Source: a virus (Duplodnaviria; Caudoviricetes). Taken from it: DNA of 45,031 nucleotides. The stretch is from positions 1-45,031 of the IMG/VR virus record IMGVR_UViG_3300033412_000029, one strand, 5' to 3'. Positions 28,962-38,757 of the stretch are shown piece by piece. Each line of letters begins with the position of its first letter. Position 1 is the stretch's first letter. Under the pieces are notes generated by a model. That model was not told where the DNA came from. It made no database searches and saw nothing but the letters and a program-made list of their open reading frames with translations. The translations under genes were made by a program, and so were the position numbers.

Positions 28962-31031
28962 ATGGCAAAAAGAGAACCCCGCAGCCTTTTCCAGCGTCTA
29001 ACGCGCCTTTTTCGTAGTGGACCCGTAGTCAAACGGAAGATCCGTGGACTCGACACTACGATTGCGATGGCCGACAAGTCGAAGTCGTCGGGCACGCTGC
29101 TCTTTCAGAAGTCACTGTCGCCAACATACGCGACGATCACTTCCAATGCGTACAACCTGTCCGAACGGTTGATGCGCTATCAGGACTTCCAGGAGATGGA
29201 ATATACTCCTGAGATCGCGGCGGCCCTGGACATCTATGCCGACGAGACCTGCGCGCAGGACGACAAGGGTCGGGTCCTTCACATCTACTCGGACAACGAG
29301 AAGATCAAGGAGGTCCTCGAAGACCTCTTCTACAACACCCTCAACGTAGAGTTTCAGCTCCGTTCGTGGGTCCGCAACCTGTGCAAATACGGCGACTTCT
29401 TCCTCTTCAATGACGTGTCGCCTGAGTACGGCGTCGTCAATGCCTTCCCGATTCCGGTCAACGAGATCGAGCGTGAGGAGAACTTTGACCGGGACGACCC
29501 GTTCGCGGTCCGCTATCGCTGGGTGACGTTGGGCAACAGGACGCTTGAGAATTGGGAAGTCACCCACTTCAGGCTCCTGGGCAACGACATGTTCCTGCCG
29601 TACGGTGCCTCGATCATCGAGCCGGCGCGCCGCATCTGGCGACAGCTGATCTTGATCGAAGACGCGATGCTAGTGTACCGCGTCGTCCGTGCTCCGGAGC
29701 GTCGAGTCTTCTACATCGACGTTGCCAACGTTCCTCCCGAGAACGTGCCCATGTACGTAGAGGAGCAGCGCAGGAACCTTCGGACGAGCCAGGTCGTTGA
29801 CCGGACCACGGGCCGCGTTGACCTGCGTTACAACCCGCTGTCAGTCGATGAGGACTACTTCATCCCAGTCCGCGGTGGTGACACTGGCACCAAGATCGAC
29901 ACCCTAGCAGGTGGTCAGAACACGGCGGCCGTCGAGGACGTCGCCTACATCCAGAAGAAGTTGTTCGCCGCCCTCAAGATTCCTCGTGCCTACCTTGGCT
30001 ACGATGAGCTGTTGAGCAGCAAGGCGACTTTGGCGCAGGAGGACATCAGGTTCTCTCGTACCATCAACGTCATCCAGAAGACGATCCTGGCCGAGCTCAA
30101 CAAGCTGGCCATCATTCACCTCTACGCCCACGGCTACGACGCTGAGGACCTGCAGAATTTCACGCTGCGACTGTCCAATCCGTCGACGGTTGCCCAGCAG
30201 CAGAAGCTGGAACTTTGGCGAGCCAAGTTCGAGATCGGCGGTTCACTGCCTGAAGGTATGGGCAGCAAGGCGTTCGTTCAGAGCGAGATCTGGGGCCTGA
30301 GCAAGGAACAGATCGATGAGATGAACGAACAGCGCATGAAGGAGAAGGTGGTCGACAACGCCATCGAGGCCGGCGCTGCAGAGGGCGGTGGAGAAGCCGG
30401 CGGTGGGGGTGGTGAAGACCTATTCGGCGGCGGTGAAGAGGAGACTGGGGGCGGCGAGGAGGCCGGAGGGGCCACCGAGACTCCACCTGAGGAGAATGCT
30501 GGTGAGGAGCCCGAGGAAGAAGAGAAGCAGGACGTCGAGCTCCTGACGTCAGGGGACGACCAGAACGATGATGAGGACTTCGGCCTCAGGATGTCGATGA
30601 AGGACGGCGACAATCCCGTCAAAGTGCAGCCGCAGCTGAAGAAGGCTCTCTACAATCGAGGCCGCAAGCGGACCCACGGCGCGTCCAAGACCCACATGCC
30701 TGACTTCGCCAAGATGACGTCGAACAACAATCCGTCGATGAAGGATCCCTTCGACAACGACTGGATCAAGGCGGTCGTCAGCAATCCGATGGGCGAAGCG
30801 ACAGTCGCGTCTCGACCGATGAGAATGTCACCTGACCTACACTCTACGTTGAAGCGGATGACTCAAGCTCTCAACATCAACCGTGAAGGTGCCGCGTCAG
30901 GCGTCATCACGGAAGGCCAGGACGTCCAGGACGAGATCGACGCCGGAATGACTGAAACCGCGGAAGCGCCGCCTGCCGACGTGAACGAAGTACTTATCAT
31001 TGACGACGAAGACGAGGGCGAAGACACATGA
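28962..31031 (+). CDS. Portal protein (T4 gp20-like)
   Basis: EDAMLVYRVVRAPERRVFYIDV, EDYFIPVRG, IDTLAGG and YIQKKLFAALKIP are gp20-family motifs; long acidic Gly-rich C-terminal extension. Confidence 0.95.
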   Translation: MAKREPRSLFQRLTRLFRSGPVVKRKIRGLDTTIAMADKSKSSGTLLFQKSLSPTYATITSNAYNLSERLMRYQDFQEMEYTPEIAAALDIYADETCAQDDKGRVLHIYSDNEKIKEVLEDLFYNTLNVEFQLRSWVRNLCKYGDFFLFNDVSPEYGVVNAFPIPVNEIEREENFDRDDPFAVRYRWVTLGNRTLENWEVTHFRLLGNDMFLPYGASIIEPARRIWRQLILIEDAMLVYRVVRAPERRVFYIDVANVPPENVPMYVEEQRRNLRTSQVVDRTTGRVDLRYNPLSVDEDYFIPVRGGDTGTKIDTLAGGQNTAAVEDVAYIQKKLFAALKIPRAYLGYDELLSSKATLAQEDIRFSRTINVIQKTILAELNKLAIIHLYAHGYDAEDLQNFTLRLSNPSTVAQQQKLELWRAKFEIGGSLPEGMGSKAFVQSEIWGLSKEQIDEMNEQRMKEKVVDNAIEAGAAEGGGEAGGGGGEDLFGGGEEETGGGEEAGGATETPPEENAGEEPEEEEKQDVELLTSGDDQNDDEDFGLRMSMKDGDNPVKVQPQLKKALYNRGRKRTHGASKTHMPDFAKMTSNNNPSMKDPFDNDWIKAVVSNPMGEATVASRPMRMSPDLHSTLKRMTQALNINREGAASGVITEGQDVQDEIDAGMTETAEAPPADVNEVLIIDDEDEGEDT

Positions 31032-31888
31032 GCAGCAAGGGTCACAACAAGAAGAGGAATACGGGGCTCCTGTATGAGTTCCTCGTCAGGACCATCTCGC
31101 GCTCGCTCGTTGAAGGGGACCAAAAGACCTCTTCACAGGCGTTGAAGATCCTGAAGAAGCACTTCAAGCCCGGGTCAGAACTGTACCGTGAATTCCGTCT
31201 CATCAATTCGTTGATCAAGACGCAGGTCAGCTCGGAACCCGTGGCGGCAGGCATCCTTCAGGAGGCGAAGGCTGCGGCTCGCGCATACGATGCGAAGGAG
31301 CTCGATCGCCAGAAGTCACTCCTGATCAGGAACATCAACCACGTCATCAAGGACGACAACTTCTACGACCAGCAGGTCAACGAGTACCGGATGTACGCCA
31401 CAGTGCAGACGCTGCTCAATGATTGGCGTGATCCGAACCGGGACCTGGAGCGCCAGGCGCGGTACGAGGATCAGTTGGTCAAGTGGCTGGTGACTGAGCG
31501 CCAGGCTCCAGTCGATCCGTCGATGCCGGAAGAGTCAGCAGGCACCGGTCGCCTGTTGATGAAGGTGATGATGAAGAAGCTGAACGAGAAGTACTCGGGC
31601 ATCCTCAACGACGAACAGAAGTCGTTGATTCGGGCCTATGCCTTCTCGGCTGCCAACGACGACCCCGACTCGATCAAGAAGAAGCTGGTCGAAGTCCGCG
31701 ACCGCCTGCTGGAATCGATTGACACGTTCAGCCGTGACCAGGCGGAGAACGAATACATCAACAAGAAGCTCGTCGAGACCCGCGAGCGGCTGTTGAGCGA
31801 GACCCTGGAGACCGTCGATGATGAGACGGTGACGCGGTTCATGCTCTACACCAAACTGAGCTCAGAGCTGGAGTCAAACGATGAGTGA
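31028..31888 (+). CDS. Hypothetical head-module protein (possible prohead core)
   Basis: 286-aa helical ORF between portal and protease; overlaps both neighbours. Confidence 0.55.
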   Translation: MSSKGHNKKRNTGLLYEFLVRTISRSLVEGDQKTSSQALKILKKHFKPGSELYREFRLINSLIKTQVSSEPVAAGILQEAKAAARAYDAKELDRQKSLLIRNINHVIKDDNFYDQQVNEYRMYATVQTLLNDWRDPNRDLERQARYEDQLVKWLVTERQAPVDPSMPEESAGTGRLLMKVMMKKLNEKYSGILNDEQKSLIRAYAFSAANDDPDSIKKKLVEVRDRLLESIDTFSRDQAENEYINKKLVETRERLLSETLETVDDETVTRFMLYTKLSSELESNDE

Positions 31889-32501
31889 CATGAAGGACCT
31901 TAGGCTACTCAACTCCTACGAGATCTTCGACTACACGCCGGAGATGATCAAGGAGTCGATGGAGAAGAACGGCGGCAAGATCCTGATGAAGGGCATCCTG
32001 CAGAAGGCGGACACCCTCAACCAGAACGGCCGCATCTACCCACTGGCAGTCCTCGAGCGCGAGGTCAGGAACTACCAGAAGTTCATCATCGAGAACCGCG
32101 CCTTGGGCGAGCTCGATCACCCGGACTCCTCAGTCGTCAACCTGAAGAATGCATCGCACGTGGTGCGCGAGGCCTACATCGAGAACGGCACTGTCTTCGG
32201 CACTGTCGAGATCCTCGACAAGACGCCATCGGGCGCCATCCTCAAAGGCCTGGTCGAATCAGGCGTCAAGCTGGGCATCAGCTCACGCGGCGTCGGCTCG
32301 ACTCGCAAGCAGGGCGACTACTACGTTGTCCAGGATGACTTCCAACTGATCTGCTGGGACTACGTCAGTGAGCCCTCGACTCCCGGCGCCTTCATGATTC
32401 CTGAAGGCCGCCGCATCGAGGAAGGCGACCTGCGTTCTCTCTTCAACCGAACTGACAGGATTGACAGGGTCCTGAACGACATCCTGTCCTACAAGAGGTG
32501 A
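31881..32501 (+). CDS. Prohead core protease (T4 gp21-like)
   Basis: NQNGRIYP, ALGELDHP, SHV, TPSG, GISSRGVGS and DYVSEPS motifs. Confidence 0.95.
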   Translation: MSDMKDLRLLNSYEIFDYTPEMIKESMEKNGGKILMKGILQKADTLNQNGRIYPLAVLEREVRNYQKFIIENRALGELDHPDSSVVNLKNASHVVREAYIENGTVFGTVEILDKTPSGAILKGLVESGVKLGISSRGVGSTRKQGDYYVVQDDFQLICWDYVSEPSTPGAFMIPEGRRIEEGDLRSLFNRTDRIDRVLNDILSYKR

Positions 32502-32505
32502 TGAG

Positions 32506-32913
32506 ATGCTGAACAATCCGCAAGGGGGAATTGGTTACGCCGCGGAGTTTCAGTCGTCGGCGTTGCCTTGGGTCACGTCGTCGATTGCTCCGGCAGCGGG
32601 CTCGCCAGTCCGATTCGATTTTCCGAAGGTCACCCGGTTCATCATCGTCAGCAACCGGGACACGACCGCGACCAACACGATCAGCGTGGGTTTCACCCGT
32701 GCCGGTGTGGTGTCGACCAGCAACAAGTACATTCTCAACGGCGGACAGTCGATGACGTTCGAAGTTCGAGTCAAAGAACTGTGGCTGCAGGGCGAAACGG
32801 GCACGCCTCCCATCAGCATCTGCGCTGGTCTGACGAACATCGACAAGAACGCAATGCCGCTGCTGACTGGCACCTTGCCTGACGGTAGCCCTGGTTGGAC
32901 AGGCGTAGGCTGA
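32506..32913 (+). CDS. Small beta-rich protein, possibly head-associated
   Basis: 135 aa, Thr/Ser/Gly-rich, inside the head cluster. Confidence 0.5.
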   Translation: MLNNPQGGIGYAAEFQSSALPWVTSSIAPAAGSPVRFDFPKVTRFIIVSNRDTTATNTISVGFTRAGVVSTSNKYILNGGQSMTFEVRVKELWLQGETGTPPISICAGLTNIDKNAMPLLTGTLPDGSPGWTGVG

Positions 32914-32916
32914 TGC

Positions 32917-33411
32917 ATGCTGAAGGTCGTCGAGTACCCGAATCCGGTGTTGAGCACGCCGTGCGATGATGTGACGACCTTTGACGGCGAGCTGAAGCAG
33001 CTCGTCGCTGAGATGGCAGAGGCGATGTATGTCGCCCAAGGCGTGGGCCTAGCGGCACCACAAGTCAACCTGACTCGTCGATTGATCCTCGTTGACCCGT
33101 CCGGCGGCGAAAAGTCGTCGGAGCTGCTGGCGTTGATCAACCCGGTGATCGCTTGGCGGTCGGCTGAACTCGAGGTGAGTGAGGAAGGCTGCTTGTCGCT
33201 GCCGGGAATCCGGCTGCAGATTCCACGTCCTCTGGCGGTGCAGGTCAACTACGTTGACGTTGATGGAAAGGAACAACGGCGACTGTTCAAGAAGATGTGG
33301 GCTCGCATCGTTCAGCACGAGATGGACCACCTCACCGGGACGTTGATGGTGGACAAGGTAGGCTCTTTGGCCCGCAGGTTGGCCCTCAAAAACTTGACAC
33401 ACAACGGATGA
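32917..33411 (+). CDS. def: Peptide deformylase
   Basis: All three PDF motifs are present: GVGLAAPQV, EGCLS and QHEMDHL. Confidence 0.95.
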   Translation: MLKVVEYPNPVLSTPCDDVTTFDGELKQLVAEMAEAMYVAQGVGLAAPQVNLTRRLILVDPSGGEKSSELLALINPVIAWRSAELEVSEEGCLSLPGIRLQIPRPLAVQVNYVDVDGKEQRRLFKKMWARIVQHEMDHLTGTLMVDKVGSLARRLALKNLTHNG

Positions 33412-33430
33412 AGACCAACAGGTATATGCC

Positions 33431-33904
33431 ATGAAGATTTCTCGAGACCAACTCAAGGCCCTAGTCAAGGAGTGCCTGGTGGAGATCCTGAACGAGGGCC
33501 TCGCTGGGGGACAACCGATCAGGACGACGATGCCGCAGCGCCCCATCGCGGGCGTCAGTGAACAGCGCAGCGTCCGCCGCAAGCCGGCGTTTGATCCATC
33601 GCTTGATAGGCCGGTGACGACTGGGAGGACTCCCACTCACCACCTCAAGGAAGCGGTGAAACGAGAGGCTGGTGGCAACCCGATCATGGAGGCAATCTTT
33701 GCCGACACTGCGCGGACGACGCTGCCCAGCATGTTGGCCGTCGGCGACAGCAACGCGATGCCGGAGCCGGGTTCGACCGGCGGGGGCGGTCTCGTTCAAC
33801 AGGAACAGTTTCACGGCACTCCGGAGCAGGTCTTCGGAGAGGAGACGGCGGGTCGCTGGGCCGACCTTGCCTTCGCAGAGCCCACGCCGAAGAAGTCGGC
33901 GTAA
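33431..33904 (+). CDS. Hypothetical protein; putative internal head protein
   Basis: 157 aa with leader MKISRDQLKALVKECLVEILNE. Confidence 0.6.
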   Translation: MKISRDQLKALVKECLVEILNEGLAGGQPIRTTMPQRPIAGVSEQRSVRRKPAFDPSLDRPVTTGRTPTHHLKEAVKREAGGNPIMEAIFADTARTTLPSMLAVGDSNAMPEPGSTGGGGLVQQEQFHGTPEQVFGEETAGRWADLAFAEPTPKKSA

Positions 33905-33956
33905 TCTCGGCGAGTTGCATATTTAGTGTTCAGCAACCACAGGAGAGGGTGCACAG

Positions 33957-34223
33957 ATGAAGACCATGAAGCTTACGCCGCAGCTCCTCAAGCAGATCAT
34001 TGAGGAAGAGGTTTCGAAGAACTTCGGTGAGATGGAAGACACCGAAGACAAGGCCAAGGACACGGAAGAGACCGATGCTGATGAGTATGCTGATGCGCTC
34101 GAGAAGCACATCGACTACGCCAAGGCATTGAAGGTCGAGGAGGGTCGGCTGACGAAGCGACTCGCCAAGATCCGTGAGACCCGGCAGCGTGTGTTGAAGA
34201 AGATCGCAGGCAAGGTCGCCTGA
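33957..34223 (+). CDS. Small head-module protein
   Basis: 88 aa with leader MKLTPQLLKQIIEEEV, acidic middle and basic coiled-coil end. Confidence 0.65.
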   Translation: MKTMKLTPQLLKQIIEEEVSKNFGEMEDTEDKAKDTEETDADEYADALEKHIDYAKALKVEEGRLTKRLAKIRETRQRVLKKIAGKVA

Positions 34224-34256
34224 GAAGTTCTTTGGCACTGAAGAAAGGCAACAACG

Positions 34257-34793
34257 ATGTCAGGTAAGGGAAAGTACACGCAGTACGCGCCGCCGGCGAG
34301 CGACAAGAACACGTTGCTCAACAAGCTGTTCCACAGCGGCGACGCAACTCAGAAGCCGCTGGTGCAAGATCTGGTCGGCAAAGAGACTGACGCACGCGCC
34401 GCAATCGTGGAACTGGCGAAGCAGGTGCTTGCACCCGCTCACCAGGCCGGTGACGGCGGTTACTTCCCGGCCGGCGTCGATTTGGACTACAGCGGCAAGT
34501 CCGCGACTGTCCAGCCGCCTGACACCGCCGAAGGCAAGGATGTCAAGTGGACGAACGCTGGTGATCCGGCGAACGCCTACATGCCCGACATTACCTCTCC
34601 TGGTCCGGGCAAGACCGATGGCAAGAGCAAGGATGCAGATCCGAAGATTGCCGTCAAGGACATCAAGCCGACGTACGTGCCTGGCGCTCCTGGCACTGGC
34701 ACCAAGTCGCCTACGGCGACCAATGCCAAGATCGTGGCCGCCAACATCCTCGGTGCCGACGCCAAGCTTGGTGATTCCGGCGCCAACTCGTGA
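34257..34793 (+). CDS. Hypothetical protein (Pro/Gly/Lys-rich), head module
   Basis: 178-aa ORF with typical codon usage upstream of the scaffold. Confidence 0.6.
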   Translation: MSGKGKYTQYAPPASDKNTLLNKLFHSGDATQKPLVQDLVGKETDARAAIVELAKQVLAPAHQAGDGGYFPAGVDLDYSGKSATVQPPDTAEGKDVKWTNAGDPANAYMPDITSPGPGKTDGKSKDADPKIAVKDIKPTYVPGAPGTGTKSPTATNAKIVAANILGADAKLGDSGANS

Positions 34794-34820
34794 GCGTTCC
34801 TAATCTTGCAGGAGTGGCGG

Positions 34821-34827
34821 ATACTTA
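34821..34827 (+). promoter_or_regulatory. ATACTTA element, putative late promoter of scaffold/capsid genes
   Basis: Intergenic, upstream of the RBS and ATG 34854. Confidence 0.6.
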
Positions 34828-34853
34828 ATCTCGGAGATCGTGGAGAACGGTAG

Positions 34854-36764
34854 ATGACGAAGCAACTCTACGAAGAGGCCCTCGCGGACGTGAGGAAGGT
34901 CAAAGAGGTGGCGGAAGCTGATGCAAAGCGCGCCATCATGGAGGCCGTTACTCCTCGCATTCGCGACCTGATCGAAAGGGAGTTGCTGCGTGAGCACGGC
35001 GACGACCTCGACGACGATGATGTCGCCGCCCCCGGTGCTCCATCCATTGACGGTGAGCTGATGACCGACCTGGTCGCCCCGTCGCCTGATGCAGCCGCTC
35101 CGGCGGATGCAATCACGCCGCCTGATGCACAAGGCAAGGTCACTCTTGATCTGGATGCACTGACCTGCGAGCCTGCTGGCGTCGCAGTCGCTGCGCCGGT
35201 GTTTGGTGAACCTGCGCCGCTGCCGGGTGATGAGTACGAGATCAGCCTCGAGTCAATCGAGGCACTGACCCCGGTGCTCAATGGTACCAGGAACGGCGTG
35301 GTCAAGGAGTTCGAGCGAAGGCTCGGGAACCTCGGCGAGGCCATCAACAAGATCAAGAAGGCTGACCGTAAGGTCCGTGAGTCAGCCGGTCTTCGCACGC
35401 AAATCACCAAGATGATTTCTCGTGTTGAAGATATGTATGAGTACGTGCAGGAATCGGTTGCCGACCTTGCAAAGAAGAGCTCATACGAGACCAAGCTCGA
35501 AACTTTCTTCAAGGAACTCAACAGGCTCCAGGAGCAGACGATGTCGAAGCAGACCAAGAAGCAGATGAACGAGGCAGATGTCACGCTGAAGCTGACCGGC
35601 CTGCCGGATGACATCGACCTCGATTCGGTCGGTGTTGACATGGTCACTGGTGAGGAAGAAGCCGGTGAAGAGGGCGGTGAGGACATGGGAGGCGAGGACA
35701 TGGGCGGTGACGCTGGTGACCTCGGCGACTTGGACCTCGGTGGAGACCAGGGTGGTGGAGGCGAACAGATGGAATCTCGTGCACTGAGCGACGACACGAT
35801 CGTCGAAATCGATGAGGGCATGCTGCGTCGGGAAATCGCCCGGATGCGGAAGCTCCGCGAAGAGGCAGTTCCGTCGAATGCTGGCAACGGCGTCGATGCG
35901 AAGGCCATGGACGACTTCGGTGGTGGCTCGGACCAGGGTGAACCCCTTGACCAGGAGATCGCTGACCAGTCTGATGCTCCCGCGGCGCTGCCGTTGGGTG
36001 AGGCTGACGACATGGACGAAGGCGACCAGATGGACGAGCTCGACCAGGTCGATGAAGGCGATGATGATGAGGAGAAGATGGATGAGGGTGACCTCACTCA
36101 GCTCGGCCTCAAGCGCAAGGAAGAGGAGCACGGTGCTGACGCAGCGAACTCTCACTCCGTCGCCGCTGAGTCACTGTCACGCCGGGCCGCTTTCGAGAAG
36201 CGGATCCAAGAGCGTGCCAAGGCCCGCGCCGCAGCCCTGAAGAAGGAAGCTGCTCGCTCGGCAAAGGATTCCCGGAAGATGGCTGCTCTGCAGAAGGAGT
36301 ATGCCGAGGTCGCGAAGCGTTTCAACGAGTCGCTTGACCGTTCCAAGAAGATTTCGAAGCTGATGGCGGAAGCCAAGGCTTCAAATGGCAGCACCAAGAA
36401 TGGCGCAGCCGCACGGCCCGCGGAGACTCAGGCCGTATCTCTCCTCCGCAAGAAGTTGGCAGAAACGAATCTGTTCAACGCGAAGCTCCTCTTTACCAAC
36501 AAGCTGCTCCAGAACGAGTCGCTGTCCGCGAAGCAAAAGTCGCGTGCCATCGAACAGCTCGAAGCGGCGAAGACGGTGAACGAGGCCAAGCTCGTATACG
36601 AGTCGCTCACCAAGGTGGCAGGCGGCTCGGCTCAGGTCAATGAGAACAAGGACCGCAAGGTTCTCGGCTCAGCGTCCAGGGCAACCCGTCCGGCTTCAAC
36701 GCAGACCCTCAACGAGGGTTTCGAGTCCGAGCGGTGGGCAAAGCTCGCAGGCATCGTCAAGTGA
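34854..36764 (+). CDS. Prohead scaffolding/core protein
   Basis: 636 aa with acidic low-complexity and coiled-coil segments and a C-terminal RWAKLAGI; directly upstream of the major capsid gene. Confidence 0.75.
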   Translation: MTKQLYEEALADVRKVKEVAEADAKRAIMEAVTPRIRDLIERELLREHGDDLDDDDVAAPGAPSIDGELMTDLVAPSPDAAAPADAITPPDAQGKVTLDLDALTCEPAGVAVAAPVFGEPAPLPGDEYEISLESIEALTPVLNGTRNGVVKEFERRLGNLGEAINKIKKADRKVRESAGLRTQITKMISRVEDMYEYVQESVADLAKKSSYETKLETFFKELNRLQEQTMSKQTKKQMNEADVTLKLTGLPDDIDLDSVGVDMVTGEEEAGEEGGEDMGGEDMGGDAGDLGDLDLGGDQGGGGEQMESRALSDDTIVEIDEGMLRREIARMRKLREEAVPSNAGNGVDAKAMDDFGGGSDQGEPLDQEIADQSDAPAALPLGEADDMDEGDQMDELDQVDEGDDDEEKMDEGDLTQLGLKRKEEEHGADAANSHSVAAESLSRRAAFEKRIQERAKARAAALKKEAARSAKDSRKMAALQKEYAEVAKRFNESLDRSKKISKLMAEAKASNGSTKNGAAARPAETQAVSLLRKKLAETNLFNAKLLFTNKLLQNESLSAKQKSRAIEQLEAAKTVNEAKLVYESLTKVAGGSAQVNENKDRKVLGSASRATRPASTQTLNEGFESERWAKLAGIVK

Positions 36765-36812
36765 CGGTGTGATTGAACAAGATCCCCAACTGAAAGACAC
36801 ACAGGAGACACA

Positions 36813-38693
36813 ATGAAGTTCTTTACCCTCGACCAGCTCGCACAGGGCATCAAGGAGAAGCACGTCGGCGCAGAGCGTGCTCGCCTCGTCGAGAAGTGGA
36901 GCCGTACCGGCTTGCTTCGCGGCCTGGACGGCTACAAGCGCGAGACGATGGCCCAGCTCCTGGAGAACCAGGCGGCACAGGTCCTCAAGGAGTCCAACTC
37001 TCTGTCCACGGGCGGTGGCGCTGTCACCTCCTCGGGTCAGATCCAGGGCTTCTCGAACATCGCCTTCCCGATCGTCCGCCGGGTGTTCGGTGGCTTGGTT
37101 GCGAACGAGCTCGTCTCGATCCAGCCGATGTCGCTCCCCTCAGGCCTGATCTTCTATCTGGATTACACCTACGGCAGCAACGTGGGTACGACCCAGCAGG
37201 ACAACGGCACCAACGAGACCTACGCTCGTGGTCAGTCGATCTACAACAACCCGGCTGGCAAGGGCATCCAGTCTGGCTCCTTGGCGACGGGCGGCATGTA
37301 CGACCTCGTCAACGTGGGCTACACCAAGGTGCACTCGGGCACGATGGGCGTCTCCGGTACGACCGGCGATGTCGGTGCCTGGACCGGCGCAGCTGAGGCA
37401 TGGGTTGCTGGTGGCGTCGTCGCTTCGACGAACGACTTCACGGGCACCAACGCCAGGATGCTGCAGTTCGACCCGCAGGTCGAAGTGGACCTCGGCCTCA
37501 ACCTCCTGGATGTGACCTTCGCTCACCTGTCGGTGGCGCAGATCACGACCCTGATCCCGAAGGGCGACTTCCTCGCCGTCGAGCAGATCGCGGTCTTCGG
37601 CTTCGCAACCACGAACGGCGCGGTTCAGTGGGGCGAGACCTACCAGTCTGGTCAGGGCGTCATGAACCTCCGCCGCCTCAACAAGCGCGGCAACTGGACC
37701 GGCTCGGTCTTCACCCCGGCACCGCTCAACGGTACGCACGTCCAGGTGGTCCTCCGCCTGTCCAACGGCGGCTCCGTCCCGGTCCTCGGTGCGACGACCC
37801 GCCTCTCGATGGCCATCTCGGATGCACTGGTCGCTGGTGACAGCGTCGGCGCAACCCTGACGGTTCCGTCCTTCGAGTCGGACTTCAACACGACCCCGGC
37901 CCCGCCGATTCCGGAAATCGACATCAAGATCGAGTCGATCGCCATCACGGCAACGACCCGCAAGCTTCGTGCTCGCTGGTCGCCGGAGCTCGCACAGGAC
38001 CTCAACGCGTACCACTCGATGGACGCAGAGGTCGAGCTGACGAGCATCCTCTCGGAGCAGATTGCTCTCGAGATCGACCGCGAGATCCTGAACGACCTCG
38101 TGACGCAGGCCAACGGTGCAGTGATGTACTGGAGCCGCGCCCCGGGCAGGTTCGTCAACAAGCTGACCGGCGCCGCACAGTCGCTGGCCTCCAGCCTGGC
38201 AATCGGTCCGCAGTTCACCGGCACTGTCCGTGAGTGGTACGAGACCTTGGTCGAGACCATCATCGATTGCGCCAACACCATCCACCGCAAGACCCTCCGC
38301 GGCTCGGCCAACTTCATGGTCACCAGCCCGGACGTCAGCACCATCCTGGAGAGCTCCGTGCTGTACAAGCCGAAGTTCACCATCGACGGTGAGGGTCAGG
38401 TCGGTTCTCCGTTCACCATCGGTGCGGAGGCAATCGGCACCCTGTCCAACCGGTTCACGGTCTACAAGGACCCGTACTTCCCGAGGAACAGGATCCTGGT
38501 CGGCTACAAGGGCGGTAGCTACCTCGAGACCGGCTACGTCTACGCCCCGTACGTTCCGCTGATCGTCACCCCGACGATCTTCGCTCCGGAAGACTTCACG
38601 CCGCGGAAGGGTGTCATGACCCGCTACGGCAAGAAGATGGTCCGCAGCGACTTCTACGGCACGGTCACCGTGCTCGACATGAACATCATCTGA
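36813..38693 (+). CDS. Major capsid protein (T4 gp23-like)
   Basis: VSIQPMSLPSGLIFYL, TRKLRARWSPELAQDLNAYH, EQIALEIDREIL, GYKG, YAPYVPL and FTPRKGVMTRYG; strong RBS CAGGAG. Confidence 0.97.
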   Translation: MKFFTLDQLAQGIKEKHVGAERARLVEKWSRTGLLRGLDGYKRETMAQLLENQAAQVLKESNSLSTGGGAVTSSGQIQGFSNIAFPIVRRVFGGLVANELVSIQPMSLPSGLIFYLDYTYGSNVGTTQQDNGTNETYARGQSIYNNPAGKGIQSGSLATGGMYDLVNVGYTKVHSGTMGVSGTTGDVGAWTGAAEAWVAGGVVASTNDFTGTNARMLQFDPQVEVDLGLNLLDVTFAHLSVAQITTLIPKGDFLAVEQIAVFGFATTNGAVQWGETYQSGQGVMNLRRLNKRGNWTGSVFTPAPLNGTHVQVVLRLSNGGSVPVLGATTRLSMAISDALVAGDSVGATLTVPSFESDFNTTPAPPIPEIDIKIESIAITATTRKLRARWSPELAQDLNAYHSMDAEVELTSILSEQIALEIDREILNDLVTQANGAVMYWSRAPGRFVNKLTGAAQSLASSLAIGPQFTGTVREWYETLVETIIDCANTIHRKTLRGSANFMVTSPDVSTILESSVLYKPKFTIDGEGQVGSPFTIGAEAIGTLSNRFTVYKDPYFPRNRILVGYKGGSYLETGYVYAPYVPLIVTPTIFAPEDFTPRKGVMTRYGKKMVRSDFYGTVTVLDMNII

Positions 38694-38726
38694 TGTTCGT
38701 GACTGAAGGCTGAAAGGCAAAGGTTT

Positions 38727-38757
38727 GAGGGCCCGCGAATGCGGGCCTTCGCCGTTT
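38727..38757 (+). terminator. Probable intrinsic terminator after the capsid gene
   Basis: GAGGGCCCGC-gaat-GCGGGCCTTC 10-bp stem followed by a weak T tract (GCCGTTT). Confidence 0.55.

Noticed and set aside
34868-36097. 409-aa Ser-rich minus-strand ORF (and the similar one at 39870..40226)
   Set aside because: Antisense mirror of Asp/Glu-rich coding sequence: GAN codons read as Ser-rich on the other strand.
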